64,000 nt of DNA, taken from Candidatus Raskinella chloraquaticus (GTDB lineage: Bacteria; Pseudomonadota; Alphaproteobacteria; Rhizobiales; UBA4765). Every line of letters begins with the position of its first letter. The stretch's first letter is position 1. A program made the position numbers and the translations under genes. Below, piece after piece: positions 40,523 to 52,075 of the stretch. The notes beneath the pieces are model-generated. The model was not told where the DNA came from. It worked only from the letters and a program-made list of their open reading frames with translations, and searched no databases. The stretch is from positions 1,352 to 65,351 of the forward strand of contig DEZK01000016.1 in assembly GCA_002365175.1 (NCBI GenBank), read 5' to 3'.

Positions 40523-40790
40523 AAGACTGCCACAGTCTTCCCGCGAAACATGTCTTGCCCGCCGATAACGGCAATGTGCCTGCGGGCCGGGTGTTCGTGA
40601 TTGGTAAAGCCCGGCCCGATCGGGCTCACTATGGCCGTCTTGGACCGGACATGTAGCCGGTTTCCAAGCGCGGATGTGGCGGGCAGGTCTGGATGCGGGT
40701 GCGGAGCATGACAGGGTTCGGAGCGTGACAGGTTGAGCGTGTTTTTCCGCCCGACGGCATCGGAGAACGCAGCGTTCTTTCCGGCGGCCT

Positions 40791-40816
40791 GTAACCGGAC
40801 GCTCTCACAGGGCGAA
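40791..40816 (+). promoter_or_regulatory. ECF SigF-type promoter (autoregulatory, near-leaderless)
   Basis: GTAACC-N16-CGAA, 7 bp before sigma ATG. Confidence 0.8.
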
Positions 40817-40823
40817 TGCAGCA

Positions 40824-41381
40824 ATGGACAAGGTTGATCGCTTCGCAGCCGCGTTGCGCCCTTTGTGGGTGCGGGCCCAGTCGGGGGACGAGGCAGCCTA
40901 TGCCCAGGCCTTGCATCTCATTGCCGGGCGCCTGAGAAGCTATTTCAGACGTCGGTTGTCTTCGCTGTCCGACGAAACGGAGGATCTTGTGCAGGAAACG
41001 CTGCTCGCCTTGCACGCCAAGCGCGGTACCCATGATCCGGTCTTGCCGGTGTCGAACTGGGTGTTTGCGATTGCCGGCTACAAGCTCGTCGATTTCTGGC
41101 GGCGGCATGGGCGGCGCGAAGCCCTGCATCAGCCGCTCGATGTGACGGATGATGACCTGCTTGTTTACGAAACGGGCGTGGATGTCGCTGCCGGCCAGGA
41201 CATTCGCGTTCTTCTTGATACCCTGCCCGCGCCACAGCGACGGGCGATTGTGCTCACCAGGCTCGAAGGCCTGTCCATGTCGGAAGCATCCAGACGGAGC
41301 GGCGTCTCCGTTTCCGCCCTCAAGGTGCAGGTGCATCGCGGACTGAAACAGCTCATGGTGATGGTCAGGACACAGCAATGA
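40824..41381 (+). CDS. sigF: ECF sigma factor, SigF-like
   Basis: GDEAAY, EDLVQETLLALH.KR.T.D, W..AIA.YKL.D..RR, KVQVHRGLK; upstream of nrsF. Confidence 0.85.
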   Translation: MDKVDRFAAALRPLWVRAQSGDEAAYAQALHLIAGRLRSYFRRRLSSLSDETEDLVQETLLALHAKRGTHDPVLPVSNWVFAIAGYKLVDFWRRHGRREALHQPLDVTDDDLLVYETGVDVAAGQDIRVLLDTLPAPQRRAIVLTRLEGLSMSEASRRSGVSVSALKVQVHRGLKQLMVMVRTQQ

Positions 41382-42013
41382 ATACCAACACATTGATTGC
41401 GGGTCTCGCCTCAGGCGCCGGACCCGCCCGCAGAGTGTTCATTGGCCGCGATCTGGCGCTGATCGCATGTTCGGGCATGATTTTTTGCGCCGCCGTTTCG
41501 CTTGGCCTGCGTGAATTCGTGCCGCAGGCCATGTGGACCGGCGCGGCGCTCTGGACAAAGCTTGCCTATGCCCTGGCGCTGGCGGCAAGCAGCGCCTGGT
41601 GCCTGAATATGCTGGCTTTTCCCGGTAAACGCGCCGCTCCGGCCTTCCGCATCATTGTCATGGTCGTCCTGACCATGGCAGATATCGGCACGGTTTCGGT
41701 TCTCAATGTTCCTGTCGGCGAAAAACTGCCCTACATCCTCGGGAAATTTGCACTGACCTGCCCCTGGGCCATTCCTGTGCTTTCGCTCCCGACACTGATC
41801 AGTCTCTTGCGGCTGACACGGCGCTTTGCGCCAACCGATCTGCGCTGGGCCGGGTTTGCAGCCGGGCTTCTCGCAGGCTCGCTCGCGGCTGCCGGCTATG
41901 CCCTGACGTGCGAGGAAGACGCAATCGGCTTTGTGGCCCTCTGGTACAGCCTTGGCATCATGCTGTCTGCGGGTATGGGTGCGCTGGCGGGGCCACGCCT
42001 GCTTCGCTGGTAG
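41378..42013 (+). CDS. nrsF: NrsF/DUF1109 membrane anti-sigma factor
   Basis: M.T..LI..LA, multiple TMs, APT, Cys in TCP and LTCEE, F..LWY, GPRLLRW end; ATGA overlap with sigma. Confidence 0.85.
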   Translation: MNTNTLIAGLASGAGPARRVFIGRDLALIACSGMIFCAAVSLGLREFVPQAMWTGAALWTKLAYALALAASSAWCLNMLAFPGKRAAPAFRIIVMVVLTMADIGTVSVLNVPVGEKLPYILGKFALTCPWAIPVLSLPTLISLLRLTRRFAPTDLRWAGFAAGLLAGSLAAAGYALTCEEDAIGFVALWYSLGIMLSAGMGALAGPRLLRW

Positions 42014-42047
42014 GTGAGGCAGGTTTCAAAAAAAGGAATTTCGAGCT

Positions 42048-42073
42048 GTAACCTTTGCATCGGCCAGGGCGAA
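42048..42073 (+). promoter_or_regulatory. Second SigF-type promoter, driving the YHS gene
   Basis: GTAACC-N16-CGAA with shared flanks CTGTAACC..CAGGGCGAATG. Confidence 0.8.
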
Positions 42074-42149
42074 TGACGGAATGCAGATCGATAAAACGTC
42101 GGTCATGCCCCTGTTAAAGCCGGGGAACCCAATCCGTCGGAGAAAATCC

Positions 42150-42677
42150 ATGTCAGTTCTTTCGCAATCCCTGTCGCGCCTGCTTCGTGGCGCGAGCATT
42201 GCTGCGGTGGTTTCGATTGCTCCCTTTATGGCCGGTAGTCTGATTTCGGCGCAGGCATATGACATTACGTCAAAGGCTGCGGTCAACGTGACATCTTCCA
42301 GAGTAGCGCTTCAGAGCCATGATCCGGTCGCCTACCAAACCGTTGGCAAGCCGGTGCTGGGTCAGGAAAAGTTTTCTGCTGAACATGAAGGGGCGATCTA
42401 TCGCTTTTCATCAGAAGAAAACCTCAAGGCATTCAAGGCTGACCCGGTCAAGTATGCCCCGCTCTATGGCGGTTTCTGCCAGCAGGGGGCCGCAGGCGGC
42501 AAGAAGCTGGATGGCGATCCGACCATCTTCCGGGTTGCCGATGGCAAGCTCGCTGTCTTCTCCTACAAGGCAGCCCTGGACGGCTTCCTGAAGGATCCGG
42601 CAGGCAATGCTGCCAAGGCCAATGACAACTGGTCGAAGATCGTGGACAAGACACCGCGCGAGCTTTTCGGCTTCTGA
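42150..42677 (+). CDS. Exported YHS-domain protein
   Basis: Signal peptide, DPVAY, YRFSSEENL..F..DP.KYAP.YGGFC, DGKL; GGAG RBS. Confidence 0.88.
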   Translation: MSVLSQSLSRLLRGASIAAVVSIAPFMAGSLISAQAYDITSKAAVNVTSSRVALQSHDPVAYQTVGKPVLGQEKFSAEHEGAIYRFSSEENLKAFKADPVKYAPLYGGFCQQGAAGGKKLDGDPTIFRVADGKLAVFSYKAALDGFLKDPAGNAAKANDNWSKIVDKTPRELFGF

Positions 42678-42690
42678 TCCAATCTGTGAG

Positions 42691-42724
42691 CCGCCGGCTT
42701 CATGTATACGAAGCCGGCGGTTTC
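42691..42724 (+). terminator. Intrinsic terminator
   Basis: CCGCCGGCTTC-N8-GAAGCCGGCGG-TTT. Confidence 0.8.
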
Positions 42725-42819
42725 ATGCCGCACTTGCGACATGGTGCCTGAATAATCTGAACAGTCTTGATGACTGGCTCCGGGGAGCGCCGCTCGCAAG
42801 CTCAATCTGCCAGACACAT

Positions 42820-43227
42820 CACTGAGATTTTCCTGACGTTGTGACATCCGGACGCCCATTTTCCGAGGCAAGCCCCGCCAGCGTCTGCATCCATGAATAG
42901 GCCGATAAAATCCAGAAAGCCGATGTCGCCGTGCCGAAGGCAACGCAAACGGCGGCGACGAAATGCGTCGTCGGCCCGACGCGCTGCCAGCCAAACAGCA
43001 TGATGCCAAGGCAAACAGCATGATGCCAAGGAAGGTGGCTTCGAGAAAGAAGGCGGTCAGTACCTCATAGGCCAGCAACGGCCCCGGCACACTGCCGGCA
43101 ACATCCGAAAAGACAGCCCGATTGGTGCCGAACTGGCAGCTCATGACCACGCCCGCGACGACGCCCATGCCACAGGCGATGGTGAAGGCAAACGCAAACG
43201 CGACAGAATTTCGGCATCGAAGGACAT
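42820..43227 (-). pseudogene. cydA: Cytochrome bd oxidase subunit I relic
   Basis: MSFDAEILSRL / FAFTIA / GMGVVAG..QFGTN..AYEVLTAFFLEATFLGIMLF / GWQRV..SAFWIL..SWMQT split across frames; 20-bp tandem duplication at 42992-43031. Confidence 0.88.
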
Positions 43228-43549
43228 AAGTCACTTAAGCCAGACAAGTTCCAGCGCTCGAAGCCTGTCGCGCATCCACCTTGCATGGATGCACGACTGA
43301 TGGTCCATGATCGTCACAGCGGCCGTTATGCCTTGCAGATAAAACCACACCCTGTCTGCTCCGTGACAATGCAACGACAGACGGCAAAGACTGCGACGGC
43401 GTTCCAACAAATCAATCGACTCGATTTGTCATCGGCTGTAAAGCCGGGTCCCGTCCGCTCACATCAGCTCATTAAAATGGCAAGGTCGAGCGCCTTTGAT
43501 TTTCTGATAAAAACATCAATAGCTTGCTATCTTATCAAGGATTTACCTC

Positions 43550-44896
43550 ATGACGCCGGTTATCGAGGAACGCGTTTCCAGGCTCATCGCGCGTATTGCA
43601 TCGCGTGACTATACAATCGGCATCATTGGTCTGGGGTATGTCGGAATTCCGCTCGCGCTCAGCGCAGTCAAGGCAGGATTCCCGATCCTTGGGTTTGATA
43701 TCGATGACAACCGGGTTGCCCAGATCAATCGCGGTCAAAGCTTTATCCCGCACATCCCGACCGAGCTGATCAACGATGCGGTCAAGGCGGGGCGGTTCTG
43801 CGCTACCGCCGACTTCGCCCGACTGAGTGAAGTCGACGCCATCATCATTGCCGTTCCAACCCCGCTGTCGCGGCAACGCGAGCCTGATCTCAGCTTTGTC
43901 GAGAGCACGGCGAATTCCATTGCACCGCGCTTGCACAGGGATCAGCTGGTAGTCCTTGAATCAACGACCTGGCCGGGGACAACCGAAGAGGTGATGCGCC
44001 CCTTGCTGGAGCGCAGCGGGCTTAAAAGCGGTACCGATTTTTTTCTCGCCTATTCGCCCGAGCGCGAGGATCCCGGCAATCAGACGTTCACCACTTCAAC
44101 CATCCCCAAGATTGTCGGCGGCGATGGTGCCGACGCCCTGCGGCTGGCCTGCGCCGTTTATGACGCGCTGGTGGTCCAGACCGTGCCGGTATCCTCATCG
44201 GCAACGGCTGAAGCCGTCAAGCTCACGGAGAATATTTTCAGGGCGGTCAATATCGCCCTCGTCAATGAACTGAAGGTCATCTACGAGAAAATGGGCATCG
44301 ATATCTGGGAAGTGATTGACGCTGCCAAGACCAAACCCTTCGGCTTCATGCCGTTTTATCCAGGGCCCGGACTTGGGGGACATTGCATCCCCATCGATCC
44401 CTTCTATCTGACATGGAAAGCGCGCGAATTCGACGTCACGACCCGCTTCATCGAATTGGCCGGGCAAATCAATACGAGCATGCCCCTTTACGTCGTCGAC
44501 AAGGTTGGCGAGGCACTGGACCGGACCTTTGGCAAGGGGCTCAGCGTTTCGCGCGTTCTTGTCATGGGTATCGCCTACAAGAAGAACATTGCAGATATGC
44601 GCGAGAGCCCGTCACTGCGACTGATCGAACTCCTGGAACAACGCGGTGCCACGACCGCTTTTCACGACCCCTATGTTCCGGTTATACCGAAAACGCGAGA
44701 GCATGCGGCTCTCGCCGGGCGGCAGTCGATTGAGCTTAATGATCATCTCATCAAAGATTTCGACGCTGTGCTCATCGCCACCGATCACGATGCGATCGAT
44801 TATGCCGCCCTGGCCGCGAGCGCCAGACTTGTTATCGATACGCGAAATGCCTGCGCGCGCGCCGGTGTCAGCGGGGATCATATCATCAAGGCCTGA
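43550..44896 (+). CDS. wbpA: UDP-N-acetylglucosamine 6-dehydrogenase (WbpA-like)
   Basis: IGLGYVGIPL, VPTP, LESTT.PG.T, YSPEREDPGN, GPGLGGHCIP.DP, D.RESP. Confidence 0.85.
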   Translation: MTPVIEERVSRLIARIASRDYTIGIIGLGYVGIPLALSAVKAGFPILGFDIDDNRVAQINRGQSFIPHIPTELINDAVKAGRFCATADFARLSEVDAIIIAVPTPLSRQREPDLSFVESTANSIAPRLHRDQLVVLESTTWPGTTEEVMRPLLERSGLKSGTDFFLAYSPEREDPGNQTFTTSTIPKIVGGDGADALRLACAVYDALVVQTVPVSSSATAEAVKLTENIFRAVNIALVNELKVIYEKMGIDIWEVIDAAKTKPFGFMPFYPGPGLGGHCIPIDPFYLTWKAREFDVTTRFIELAGQINTSMPLYVVDKVGEALDRTFGKGLSVSRVLVMGIAYKKNIADMRESPSLRLIELLEQRGATTAFHDPYVPVIPKTREHAALAGRQSIELNDHLIKDFDAVLIATDHDAIDYAALAASARLVIDTRNACARAGVSGDHIIKA

Positions 44897-45865
<969 letters not shown>

Positions 45866-45964
45866 CCGCCACAGAAAAACGTTTCGCATCGACAAAAGCT
45901 GGTGCGATAGACCGCACCCGAAGACTGAAGGGCGCCGGTGCGCTGATCTTGCCGGCCATCAACA

Positions 45965-47185
45965 CTATAACGGCCCAACTGCAGTCGATGACGGGCCGGT
46001 GCGGGGAATTCGTGCGGGATCGATGCCGGTGAGCTTCTCGTAAAGCGCCGCATCGGTTGCGCCCTCGGTATTGAAAAGAAGCACGCGCGCGGTGTGCCCC
46101 AGTTCAAGCACGGTGCGCGCGGTCTCATCATCAAGGCAGGTCATCAGGCCCGCAAGACCCGCCGCCCCGCTTTCCCCGGCAATGATCGTGCAATCGCTTT
46201 CTGCTGGCCGGGCAAACTCATTCATCGCGACGATCGCACTGTCTTCACTAACGGCAACAAAACCCTCTGCAAGGGATTGCACGACCTCGAAAGCAAGCGG
46301 CGATGGTTCGGCGCATTCGAGCATTGCCATCACGGTTGGCAATCCGTGCGCCACCGTGGTGACGCGGCCTGCCTCAGCGCTTGCCAGCAGACAGGCGGCG
46401 CGCTCCGGCTCGACAATGACGATCTTCGGCATCGCCTGCCCGTAAACCGCCAGGGCGTGGGCCGTGACCGCCGCAGCGACACCGCCCACACCGGCCTGAA
46501 TGAAAATATGAGTCGGTGGTTGCGGCAATTCCTCGAACGCTTCGCCCGCTGTCACTGTGTAGCCCTGCATGACGGTGAGGGGAATATCCTCATAGCCCTC
46601 CCACGATGTATCGGAGACGACCGTCCAGCCATGGCGGCTGGCCTGGCGCGCCGCCTCGACAACTGAGTCATCATAGCTGCCGGCGACGCGGACGATCTCG
46701 CCCCCGAAGGCGGCGATTGCGGCGGCGCGAGGTTCGCTCACGCCTTCATGCATAAAGATGATGGAGCGGCAACCAACAAGACGCGCGCCGGCGGCGACCG
46801 CGCGCCCGTGATTGCCATCCGTGGCGCACACCATCGTCATGCCGGCAGCGATCGCGCGCATGGCAGGTGATTGCATTTCCGCCGGATCGACGGTCCGACC
46901 CCACCTCCTCGCCGCTTCATCGGCGACAAGGCGCATCACCGCATAGGCGCCGCCCAACGCCTTGAAGCTGGTGAGACCGAGGCGATAGCCTTCATCCTTC
47001 ACGTGGAGAGACGCGAGGCCGAGCCGCGCGGCCAAAGCTGGCAGAGCGTGCAGGGGCGTCGGGCGATGGCGCGGGCAGGAAAGCAGAAAACGCGAGGCCT
47101 GCGCCCTGCCCTCGTGCCCCAGAGCCAAGAGAAGATGTGGCCTTGGCAGCGGCGCCTGTGCCTTGCGGGTGTTGATCAGGAACAT
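45965..47185 (-). CDS. dpaL: Diaminopropionate ammonia-lyase
   Basis: VKDE..R.GL.SFKALGG.YA, ATDGNHGR, SDTSW.GY, QAGVGG, AGESGAAG, TEGATD. Confidence 0.9.
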   Translation of the reverse strand: MFLINTRKAQAPLPRPHLLLALGHEGRAQASRFLLSCPRHRPTPLHALPALAARLGLASLHVKDEGYRLGLTSFKALGGAYAVMRLVADEAARRWGRTVDPAEMQSPAMRAIAAGMTMVCATDGNHGRAVAAGARLVGCRSIIFMHEGVSEPRAAAIAAFGGEIVRVAGSYDDSVVEAARQASRHGWTVVSDTSWEGYEDIPLTVMQGYTVTAGEAFEELPQPPTHIFIQAGVGGVAAAVTAHALAVYGQAMPKIVIVEPERAACLLASAEAGRVTTVAHGLPTVMAMLECAEPSPLAFEVVQSLAEGFVAVSEDSAIVAMNEFARPAESDCTIIAGESGAAGLAGLMTCLDDETARTVLELGHTARVLLFNTEGATDAALYEKLTGIDPARIPRTGPSSTAVGPL

Positions 47186-47397
47186 ATGACGCCTCTGCCC
47201 GATTACGCGTTCTTGCATGTCATAACGCAAAATTGCCGATGCTTGGCAAGGATATCGCCTGATCACGTTGGGCTGGCGGTCAAGTACAGCGCGAGAATCC
47301 GCAGCGGTACGAAATTCATGAATTTCGACTTCAAACACTGCACTTGCCGTGATTCAATACCACCGGCGGCGTCATGATGCAGCGAGAGGATACGGGT

Positions 47398-47964
47398 ATG
47401 ATGGAAGCGTTGATCGACCATGCCCACCATCACCCGCTTGGATGGCCCTGCAGGATGCGCATCTGTGGGCAATATGAAGCGCGCCAGTATGTCGACCTCT
47501 GGCAGCCGACGCACCTTGTCAGCATCAAGCAGCGGGAGCGGCCCTATCGTGGCCCGCCGTTTCCAGCCGAGCGCCATCTCGTGCTGGAATTCGAGGATGT
47601 CACGGATGCCTCGCACCCTGGCGCACCCACCAACGCGCATCTTGATGCGGTTCTGACCTTCATTGACGCCGTGCCACAGGAGGCTTGCGTCCTCATCCAC
47701 TGCCTGCAAGGCCTGAGCCGCTCGACCGCTCTGGCCATGGGCCTTCTGGCGCGCGAAGTTCAACCTCTGCGCGCAGCCTATCTGCTGCATGGGCTGCGGC
47801 CGCAAGCCGTACCAAATCCATTACTGGTGAGGCTCTGGGATGAGCGTCTTGACCTGCATGGCGAACTGGCGAAAGAAGGTGCCCGCTTCCCCTGTCAGGT
47901 GTGGCGACATGGCGACGGGCTGGGGAATTTTCCGCACCGGCGCCGCAAGCGCAGTCATCAATGA
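47398..47964 (+). CDS. Predicted protein-tyrosine/dual-specificity phosphatase-like protein
   Basis: HCLQGLSRS (CX5R P-loop), L.FEDV acid loop, RP.A.PN; start uncertain (47374-47401). Confidence 0.8.
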   Translation: MMEALIDHAHHHPLGWPCRMRICGQYEARQYVDLWQPTHLVSIKQRERPYRGPPFPAERHLVLEFEDVTDASHPGAPTNAHLDAVLTFIDAVPQEACVLIHCLQGLSRSTALAMGLLAREVQPLRAAYLLHGLRPQAVPNPLLVRLWDERLDLHGELAKEGARFPCQVWRHGDGLGNFPHRRRKRSHQ

Positions 47965-48058
47965 TCTTGCACGAAAAGCGACCGCGCGCAAACGCGGTCG
48001 CCTGTCGTCAACGATTAAGTGCGGCAGAGCATTTGTGTGCCGATCCGCCGCCGCAAGC

Positions 48059-48610
48059 TCACGCAACCTTGCGCAGCTCGACCTTCGGGAAGTCGATGTC
48101 GGTCTTGGCTACTTCATTGATGTAATTGGTCAGCGTGTTGAGGGCGACATGGGCGACGATCTCGACGATCTCGTCATCGCCGTAGCCGGCGGCCTTCACC
48201 GCGCTGACGTCGGCATCCGAGACATGGCCGCGCTCGCGCACGATCTTGGCGGCAAAGCGCACAGCGGCATCGGCCTTGGGATCATTCGAGGCGCCGTTAC
48301 GGTTTGCCGTGATCTCGGCATCGTCCAGCTTGGCGAGGTTCTTGCCCAGATAGGTGTGGGCCGACAGGCAGTAGCCGCAGCCATTGATTTCGGCAACGGC
48401 AAGCGCAATGCGCTCACGGGTCTTGCCGTCAAGCTTGCCCTTGCCGAGCGCGCCATTGAGGCCGAGGAAGCCTTCGAGGGCGGCGGGGCTGTTGCCCAGG
48501 ACGCGGAAGATGTTCGGGGCCGAACCCAGCTGCTTGGTGACGGCTTGCAGCAAAGGCTGGGACGCAGCGGGAGAAGCTTCGATCGAGGCGGGGGTGGCAA
48601 TGCGGGTCAT
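48059..48610 (-). CDS. AhpD/CMD-family peroxidase-related protein
   Basis: RERIALAVA..NGCGYCLSAH CxxC motif, NTLTNY. Confidence 0.92.
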   Translation of the reverse strand: MTRIATPASIEASPAASQPLLQAVTKQLGSAPNIFRVLGNSPAALEGFLGLNGALGKGKLDGKTRERIALAVAEINGCGYCLSAHTYLGKNLAKLDDAEITANRNGASNDPKADAAVRFAAKIVRERGHVSDADVSAVKAAGYGDDEIVEIVAHVALNTLTNYINEVAKTDIDFPKVELRKVA

Positions 48611-48765
48611 GGGCGTTTTCCTTTGGTTGAAACTTAGGTCTGAGAAGCGAAACCAGGACTTGTTTCAGGCTCGGCGAGCCCGACGAGCGGTGATATGCAC
48701 CCTTCCGAGACTGATGAGTATCTGCTAAAATCAGGAAAGATAATCTCATAAAATGGAACAATCCT

Positions 48766-49668
48766 ATGGACCAGCTGGAAGCCATTTCAACCTTTGTCGC
48801 GGTCGCCGATGAAGGCGGGTTCTCGGCCGCCTCGCGCCGGCTGCGGGTGCCGCTGGCGACGATCAGCCGGCGTGTCAGCGATCTTGAAGGAGAACTCGGC
48901 GCGCAATTGCTGACGCGCACCACGCGCAAGGTCGTGCTGACCGAGATCGGCGCGCAATATCTGTCGACGTGTCGGCGCGTGCTGGAGGACCTGGATGAAG
49001 CCAAGCGGCTGGCGGCTGGCGAATATCGCGCACCGCGCGGAGAACTGGTCGTCTCGGCACCAACCGGACTTGGCAATATCCATCTGATGCCGATCCTGAC
49101 CGAGTTCCTGGCGGCCTATCCTGATATCGATATCGATCTGCGGCTGAGTGACCACATTGTCAGCCTGGTTGACGAACATATCGATGTGGCGCTGCGCATC
49201 GGTCATCTCGAAGACAGTGGCCTCATCGCCGCGAAAATTGGCGCGGTGCGCCATGTGGTTTGCGCGAGCCCCGACTATCTCGGTGAATTTGGTGAACCAA
49301 CCCAGCTCAACGAAATGGCGGACCATGTCTGCGTGACGTTTACGGCCTTTGGCACATCGCGCGAGTGGATTTTTCGCAACAAGGATCGCATCGTGCGGCT
49401 GCCGGTCAAATCACGCCTGGCCGCAACCACCGCCGAGGCGGCTGTTCACGCGGCGATCTCCGGCATCGGCATTACAAGACTGCTATGCTATCAGGTGGCG
49501 CAGGCGATTGGCGAGGGCAGGCTGCGCCTCGTGCTTCGCCAGAACGAACCAGACCCCTTGCCAGTCAGCTTTATCTACCCCAGCGGACGGCTGGTCGCGC
49601 AGAAACTCAAAGCGTTTCTCGAATTTGTCATTCCTCGCCTCAAGGCGCGGCTTGTTTTCGATCATTGA
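48766..49668 (+). CDS. LysR-family regulator (CrgA-like), divergent from AhpD gene
   Basis: GGFSAA, LL.RTTR.V.LTE.G, DVALRIG.L.DS, CASPDYL. Confidence 0.95.
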   Translation: MDQLEAISTFVAVADEGGFSAASRRLRVPLATISRRVSDLEGELGAQLLTRTTRKVVLTEIGAQYLSTCRRVLEDLDEAKRLAAGEYRAPRGELVVSAPTGLGNIHLMPILTEFLAAYPDIDIDLRLSDHIVSLVDEHIDVALRIGHLEDSGLIAAKIGAVRHVVCASPDYLGEFGEPTQLNEMADHVCVTFTAFGTSREWIFRNKDRIVRLPVKSRLAATTAEAAVHAAISGIGITRLLCYQVAQAIGEGRLRLVLRQNEPDPLPVSFIYPSGRLVAQKLKAFLEFVIPRLKARLVFDH

Positions 49669-49753
49669 TCGGGCGCTGCCGGGATTCGGCTTGGCCCACC
49701 GATGCCCACGGCGTAGAAGACACGCAACTCGACCAGATGAACAGGAGCGCTTG

Positions 49754-50407
49754 ATGCAGATCCGTGCTGAATACCACTTGCGCGCCGTGGTCCGGCCGGG
49801 TGACGAACCCTTCGTCGCCTCGCCCCTGCCGGGCGTGACCCGATTGATGCTCGATCGCGAGGGCGGCGAAGTGGCCCGCGCAACGACCATCGTGCGCTAC
49901 GCCAGGGGCTCGCGATTCTCATCGCACGACCACGCGATGGGCGAGGAATTTCTGGTCCTTGCCGGCGTCTTTTGCGACGAGCATGGCGCCTATCCCGCCG
50001 GCACCTATGTGCGCAATCCGCCAGGCTCACACCACGCGCCCTTCAGCACCGAAGGCTGCATGATATTTGTAAAACTGCGTCAGTTCGCGCCAGATGATCG
50101 CAAACAGCTTGTCGTCGATACGACGACAGCCGCGTGGCAGAATGGCAGCAAGGAGGGTGATCATATCCTGCCGCTCCATCATCACGATCACGAGCGAGTG
50201 GCCATGATCCGCCTTGGCGCCGGCAGCCGCTATGAGCCAGCAAAAGATCAGGGCGGGACGGAGATTCTGATCATCGAGGGCATGCTTTACGATGGCGCCA
50301 GTGCTTATCCCGGCGGAAGCTGGTTGCGCCTGCCGGCGGGCGATTGCGCCAGTCTGTCAACGCGCGAGGGCTGCACGTTCTATATCAAGAGCGGCCATCT
50401 GGGCTGA
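49754..50407 (+). CDS. ChrR-like tandem cupin protein
   Basis: SP.PGV.R.MLDR.G.EVARAT.IVRY, H.H..GEE, YPAGTY.RNP..S.H.P, K.GHL end. Confidence 0.9.
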   Translation: MQIRAEYHLRAVVRPGDEPFVASPLPGVTRLMLDREGGEVARATTIVRYARGSRFSSHDHAMGEEFLVLAGVFCDEHGAYPAGTYVRNPPGSHHAPFSTEGCMIFVKLRQFAPDDRKQLVVDTTTAAWQNGSKEGDHILPLHHHDHERVAMIRLGAGSRYEPAKDQGGTEILIIEGMLYDGASAYPGGSWLRLPAGDCASLSTREGCTFYIKSGHLG

Positions 50408-50722
50408 GACTTGCTGGTGACGCGGATCGTCACAGATCGATGAAAGAGCAGAATGGTCCTTGATAGGTCGGATACTTCCTCGACAGAGAAGTTCGCGGAG
50501 GTTCCGGTGGCTGGCACAGCCAATGCAACCCTAACCGCGCCGTTGAACGGGACCAGCGAAGCGTCGGCGCAATGGAACTTCACCCAGTTACCGTACGTTG
50601 CCGGGCATCCTGAAAAGCCGGTAATTTGGCGATTATTTCACGCCGGCGAATAAAAAATTTACCATACGATAATTTATCCCGAACAATCTGAATGTAATTT
50701 AGTAGTTACATAAGGAATAACT

Positions 50723-52075
50723 ATGACTTACGCAAAAAATTCTACTCAGGATACAGATTTATCCTCACGTCTGAATTTCATGAAGATCGACGCTGAAAGT
50801 CGGGAGGCGCTGCGCCGGTTCTGGCCGCATGTTCACAAGGCACTGCCGACCATTCTCGACAAGTTCTACGCGCATGTGACGTCTGAACCCTATCTGGCGA
50901 AGCTTGTCGGCAACGATGTGCCGCGTCTCAAGAGCGCACAGGGATCGCATTGGGAAAAGCTGTTCAGCGGGACATTCGACGACGCTTACGTCACCAGCGT
51001 GCGCACCATCGGCACCATCCACAATCGGATCGGGCTTGAACCGCGCTGGTATATCGGTGGCTATAATCTGATCCTGGGTGAACTGGCCGGTCTGGTGATG
51101 CGGCGGGCGGGTTGGGGTGGGCGTACACGTCACAATCTGATGCGCGCGGTGACCGCTGCGGTCATGCTCGACATGGATATCGCCATTTCGGTCTATCAGG
51201 AGGCAATGCTTGCCGACCGGCAGAAGCGCCAGACAAAGGTCGACGCCATCATCGGCGATTTCGGGTCGCGCTTCACCGGCATGCTGGAAGAGATCAGCGG
51301 CACGGCGACTGACCTTGCCGCCACGGCCAAAACCCTTTCAGGCGCGGCTGATACATCGGCGGCGCAGCTGACAACTGTCGCCTCAGCCTCGGAGGAAAGC
51401 GCTGCCAACATCCAGGGCGTGGCAGGTGCTACCGAAGAAATGTCGGTGACGCTCGCCGAAATCACCCGGCGGGCAAGTGAATCGGTACGCATCACCGGCG
51501 ATGCGGTGACGCAGACCGAACACGCCAATCAGACGATGCAGAACCTGCAGAAGGTCGCCAATGATATCGGCGCCGTGGTGAGCCTGATCAGCGATATCGC
51601 CGGCCAGACCAATCTGCTGGCTCTCAACGCCACCATCGAGGCGGCGCGGGCAGGCGAGATGGGCAAGGGTTTTGCCATCGTCGCCTCCGAGGTCAAGACC
51701 CTGGCGCAGCAGACTGCCAAGGCCACTGACGACATCCGCAGTCAGATCGAGCTTATCCAGCGCTCCGCCGGCGCTTCGGTGAAAGACATCGCCACGATCA
51801 CGACCGTCATCACGACCATCAGCGAGGCGGCAACCGCCATCTCCGGCGTGGTGGAGGAGCAGGACACGGCGACAAAGGAAATTTCGCACAACATCCAGGA
51901 CGTTTCGACGGCGATCAGGCAGATTTCGCAGAGCCTTTCAGCGTCCAACGAGGCGGCCGGACAAGTCCGCAGCATTGCCGACACGGTCCTTACCGTTTCT
52001 GATCGTGTCATGAGGCAGGAACAGCGTCTGCAATCGGCCCTCTCGTCCTTCTTCGACGAGATCCGCGCCGCCTGA
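50723..52075 (+). CDS. Globin-coupled sensor, soluble MCP (HemAT-like)
   Basis: [26 protein letters not shown] protoglobin motifs plus MCP hairpin; TAAGGA RBS. Confidence 0.93.
   Translation: MTYAKNSTQDTDLSSRLNFMKIDAESREALRRFWPHVHKALPTILDKFYAHVTSEPYLAKLVGNDVPRLKSAQGSHWEKLFSGTFDDAYVTSVRTIGTIHNRIGLEPRWYIGGYNLILGELAGLVMRRAGWGGRTRHNLMRAVTAAVMLDMDIAISVYQEAMLADRQKRQTKVDAIIGDFGSRFTGMLEEISGTATDLAATAKTLSGAADTSAAQLTTVASASEESAANIQGVAGATEEMSVTLAEITRRASESVRITGDAVTQTEHANQTMQNLQKVANDIGAVVSLISDIAGQTNLLALNATIEAARAGEMGKGFAIVASEVKTLAQQTAKATDDIRSQIELIQRSAGASVKDIATITTVITTISEAATAISGVVEEQDTATKEISHNIQDVSTAIRQISQSLSASNEAAGQVRSIADTVLTVSDRVMRQEQRLQSALSSFFDEIRAA

Noticed and set aside
40525-40785. Possible ncRNA between higA and sigF
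   Set aside because: GC-rich hairpins only, with no family features I can identify
42150-42677. Selenoprotein form of YHS protein
   Set aside because: The site is TGC (Cys) and there is no in-frame TGA
50410-50720. Riboswitch/sRNA or CtrA box upstream of the globin-coupled sensor
   Set aside because: No recognisable aptamer consensus and no proper TTAA-N7-TTAA
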